64,000 nt of DNA from Eledone cirrhosa (taxonomy: Eukaryota), in contig OZ024742.1 of the NCBI GenBank assembly GCA_964016885.1, forward strand, positions 163,928,001 through 163,992,000, in the 5' to 3' direction. Positions within the stretch are counted from its first letter, which is position 1. The number at the start of each line of letters is the position of its first letter. Positions 62,301 through 64,000 of the stretch are shown here, piece after piece. The notes below the pieces were generated by a model that saw only the letters and a list, made by a program, of their open reading frames with translations, had not been told where the DNA came from and searched no databases. The position numbers and the translations under genes were made by a program.

Positions 62301-64000
62301 TTTAAATATTATCTTCCCTTGGCTGGCGGGAAATTATCTCCCCTTGGACGGCTGAAAATTATCTCCCCTTGGACGGCTGGAAATTATCTCCCCTTGATTT
62401 TTTTACAAATTATCTCCCCCTGATTATTTTTTACAAATTATCTCCCCCTGATTTTTTTTTACAAATTATCTCCCTCTGATTTTTTTTACAAATTATCTCC
62501 CCTTGGCTGGCTGGAAATTATCTCCCCTTGGAGGCTGGAATTTATCTCCCCTTGGACGGTTAGAAATTACCTCTCCTTGGACTGCTGGAAAATATGTCTC
62601 CTTGGACGGCTGGAAATTATCTCCCCTGGGACGGCTGGAAATTATCTCCCCTTGGACGGCTGGAAATTATCTCTCCTCGGACGACTAGAAATTACCTCTC
62701 CTTGGACAGCTGAAAATTATCTCCCCTTGGACGGCTGGAAATTATCTCCCCTTGATTTTTTTTACAAATTATCTCCCCCTGATTTTTTTTTACAAATTAT
62801 CTCCCCCTGATTTTATTTTACAAATTATCTCCCCCTGATTTTTTTTACAAATTATCTCCCCCTGATATTTTTTACAAATTATCTCCCCCTGATTTTTTTA
62901 CAAATTATCTCCCCTTGGCTGGCTGGAAATTATCTCCCCTTGGAGGCTGGAATTTATCTCCCCTTGGACGGCTAGAAATTACCTCCCCTTGGACGGCTGG
63001 AAATTATCTCCCCTTGGACGGCTGGAAATTATCTCCCCTTGGACGGCTGGAAATTATCTCCCCTTGGACGGCTAGATATTACCTCCCCTTGGACGGCTGG
63101 AAATTATCTCCCCTTGATTTTTTTTACAAATTATCTCCCCCTGATTTTTTTTTACAAATTATCTCCCCCTGATTTTTTTTACAAATTATCTCCCCCTGAT
63201 TTTTTTACAAATTATCTCCCCCCGATTTTTTTTACAAATTATATCCGCCTAATTTTTTTAAATATTATCTTCCCTTGGCTGGCGGGAAATTATCTCCCCT
63301 TGGACAGCTGAAAATTATCTCCCCTTGGACGGCTGGAAATTATCTCCCCTTGATTTTTTTTACAAATTATCTCCCCCTGATTTTTTTTTACAAATTATCT
63401 CCCCCTGATTTTATTTTACAAATTATCTCCCCTTGATTTTTTTTACAAATTATCTCCCCCTGATATTTTTTACAAATTATCTCCCCCTGATTTTTTTACA
63501 AATTATCTCCCCTTGGCTGGCTGGAAATTATCTCCCCTTGGAGGCTGGAATTTATCTCCCCTTGGACGGCTAGAAATTACCTCGCCTTGGACGGCTGGAA
63601 AATATGTCTCCTTGGACGGCTGGAAATTATCTCCCCTTGGACGGCTGGAAATTATCTCCCCTTGGACGGCTGGAAATTATCTCCCCTTGGACGGCTAGAT
63701 ATTACCTCCCCTTGGACGGCTGGAAATTATCTCCCCTTGATTTTTTTTACAAATTATCTCCCCCTGATTTTTTTTTACAAATTATCTCCCCCTGATTTTT
63801 TTTACAAATTATCTCACCCTGATTTTTTTACAAATTATCTCCCCCCGATTTTTTTTACAAATTATATCCGCCTAATTTTTTTAAATATTATCTTCCCTTG
63901 GCTGGCGGGAAATTATCTCCCCTTGGACGGCTGAAAATTATCTCCCCTTGGACGGCTGGAAATTATCTCCCCTTGATTTTTTTACAAATTATCTCCCCCT
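45620..64000 (+). repeat. Near-perfect tandem duplication, period 9,560 bp (~45620-55180, then ~55180 to the window end)
   Basis: Constant offset 9,560 for 45806/55366, 47690/57250, 49675/59235, 51611/61171 and 54027/63587. One substitution was noticed (51362 T vs 60922 C). Confidence 0.92.

Larger units (their letters stand above)
1..64000. repeat. Composite tandem satellite array of two related monomers (25-bp A, 26-29-bp B) with nested higher-order repeat structure; extends beyond both window ends
   Basis: The core AAATTATCTCCCC(T/C)TG recurs every 23-29 bp from position 1 to 64000, always in the same orientation. It is followed by GACGGCTGG-like (A) or A-T(7-10)-AC (B) tails. No non-repeat interruption was seen. 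Confidence 0.99.

Noticed and set aside
71-63934. The many 60-173 aa ORFs in the six-frame track as protein-coding genes
   Set aside because: They are overlapping translations of the same 25-29-bp monomers in all three + frames, mostly starting at TTG within the repeat. They have no domain-like content, and variants freely introduce stops and frameshifts.
1-64000. CRISPR array (constant repeat plus variable spacer)
   Set aside because: The inter-core segments are only 9-13 bp and of two recurring types rather than unique ~30-bp spacers. No leader or cas gene is present.
1-64000. Telomerase-synthesised 25-bp yeast-type telomeric repeat
   Set aside because: The unit does not match telomere repeats I know (e.g. 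Kluyveromyces lactis, Candida albicans). Two monomer types with inherited multi-kb higher-order duplications indicate recombinational amplification, not templated addition.
1-64000. G-quadruplex array on the - strand (GGGG/GGGGG every unit)
   Set aside because: G-runs are separated by about 21-24 nt, far beyond canonical 1-7 nt loops, so stable intramolecular G4 is not supported.
1-64000. Plasmid or viral iteron origin, or mobile-element terminal repeats
   Set aside because: The array is orders of magnitude longer than iteron clusters, and no rep gene, transposase, inverted terminus or orientation switch is visible.

Overview
The whole 64,000-bp window is one uninterrupted, single-orientation tandem satellite/minisatellite array that runs off both ends. 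I found no unique sequence and no credible gene, RNA gene, mobile element or CRISPR array. It is built from two monomers sharing a 16-bp core AAATTATCTCCCC(T/C)TG. Monomer A is 25 bp (AAATTATCTCCCCTTGGACGGCTGG, 52% GC). Monomer B is 26-29 bp (AAATTATCTCCCCCTGA-T7..10-AC, about 30% GC). There are roughly 2,400 monomers, estimated from length/unit size. The monomers form a small vocabulary of stereotyped A-cassettes (1, 3, 4-6, 5 and about 9 units, each with position-specific variants) separated by B-runs with patterned T-tract lengths. These combine into 0.4-0.6 kb modules, which are duplicated at nested scales (offsets 159, about 1,246, 1,604, 2,966, 3,245, 7,218, 9,560 and about 40,100-40,500 bp, read from recurring ORF-track coordinates and checked against diagnostic variants). 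All listed ORFs are by-products of the stop-free A monomer. The host and function (centromeric, telomeric or other heterochromatic DNA) cannot be determined from this window. The most interesting signal is the two-monomer, rule-ordered architecture itself.
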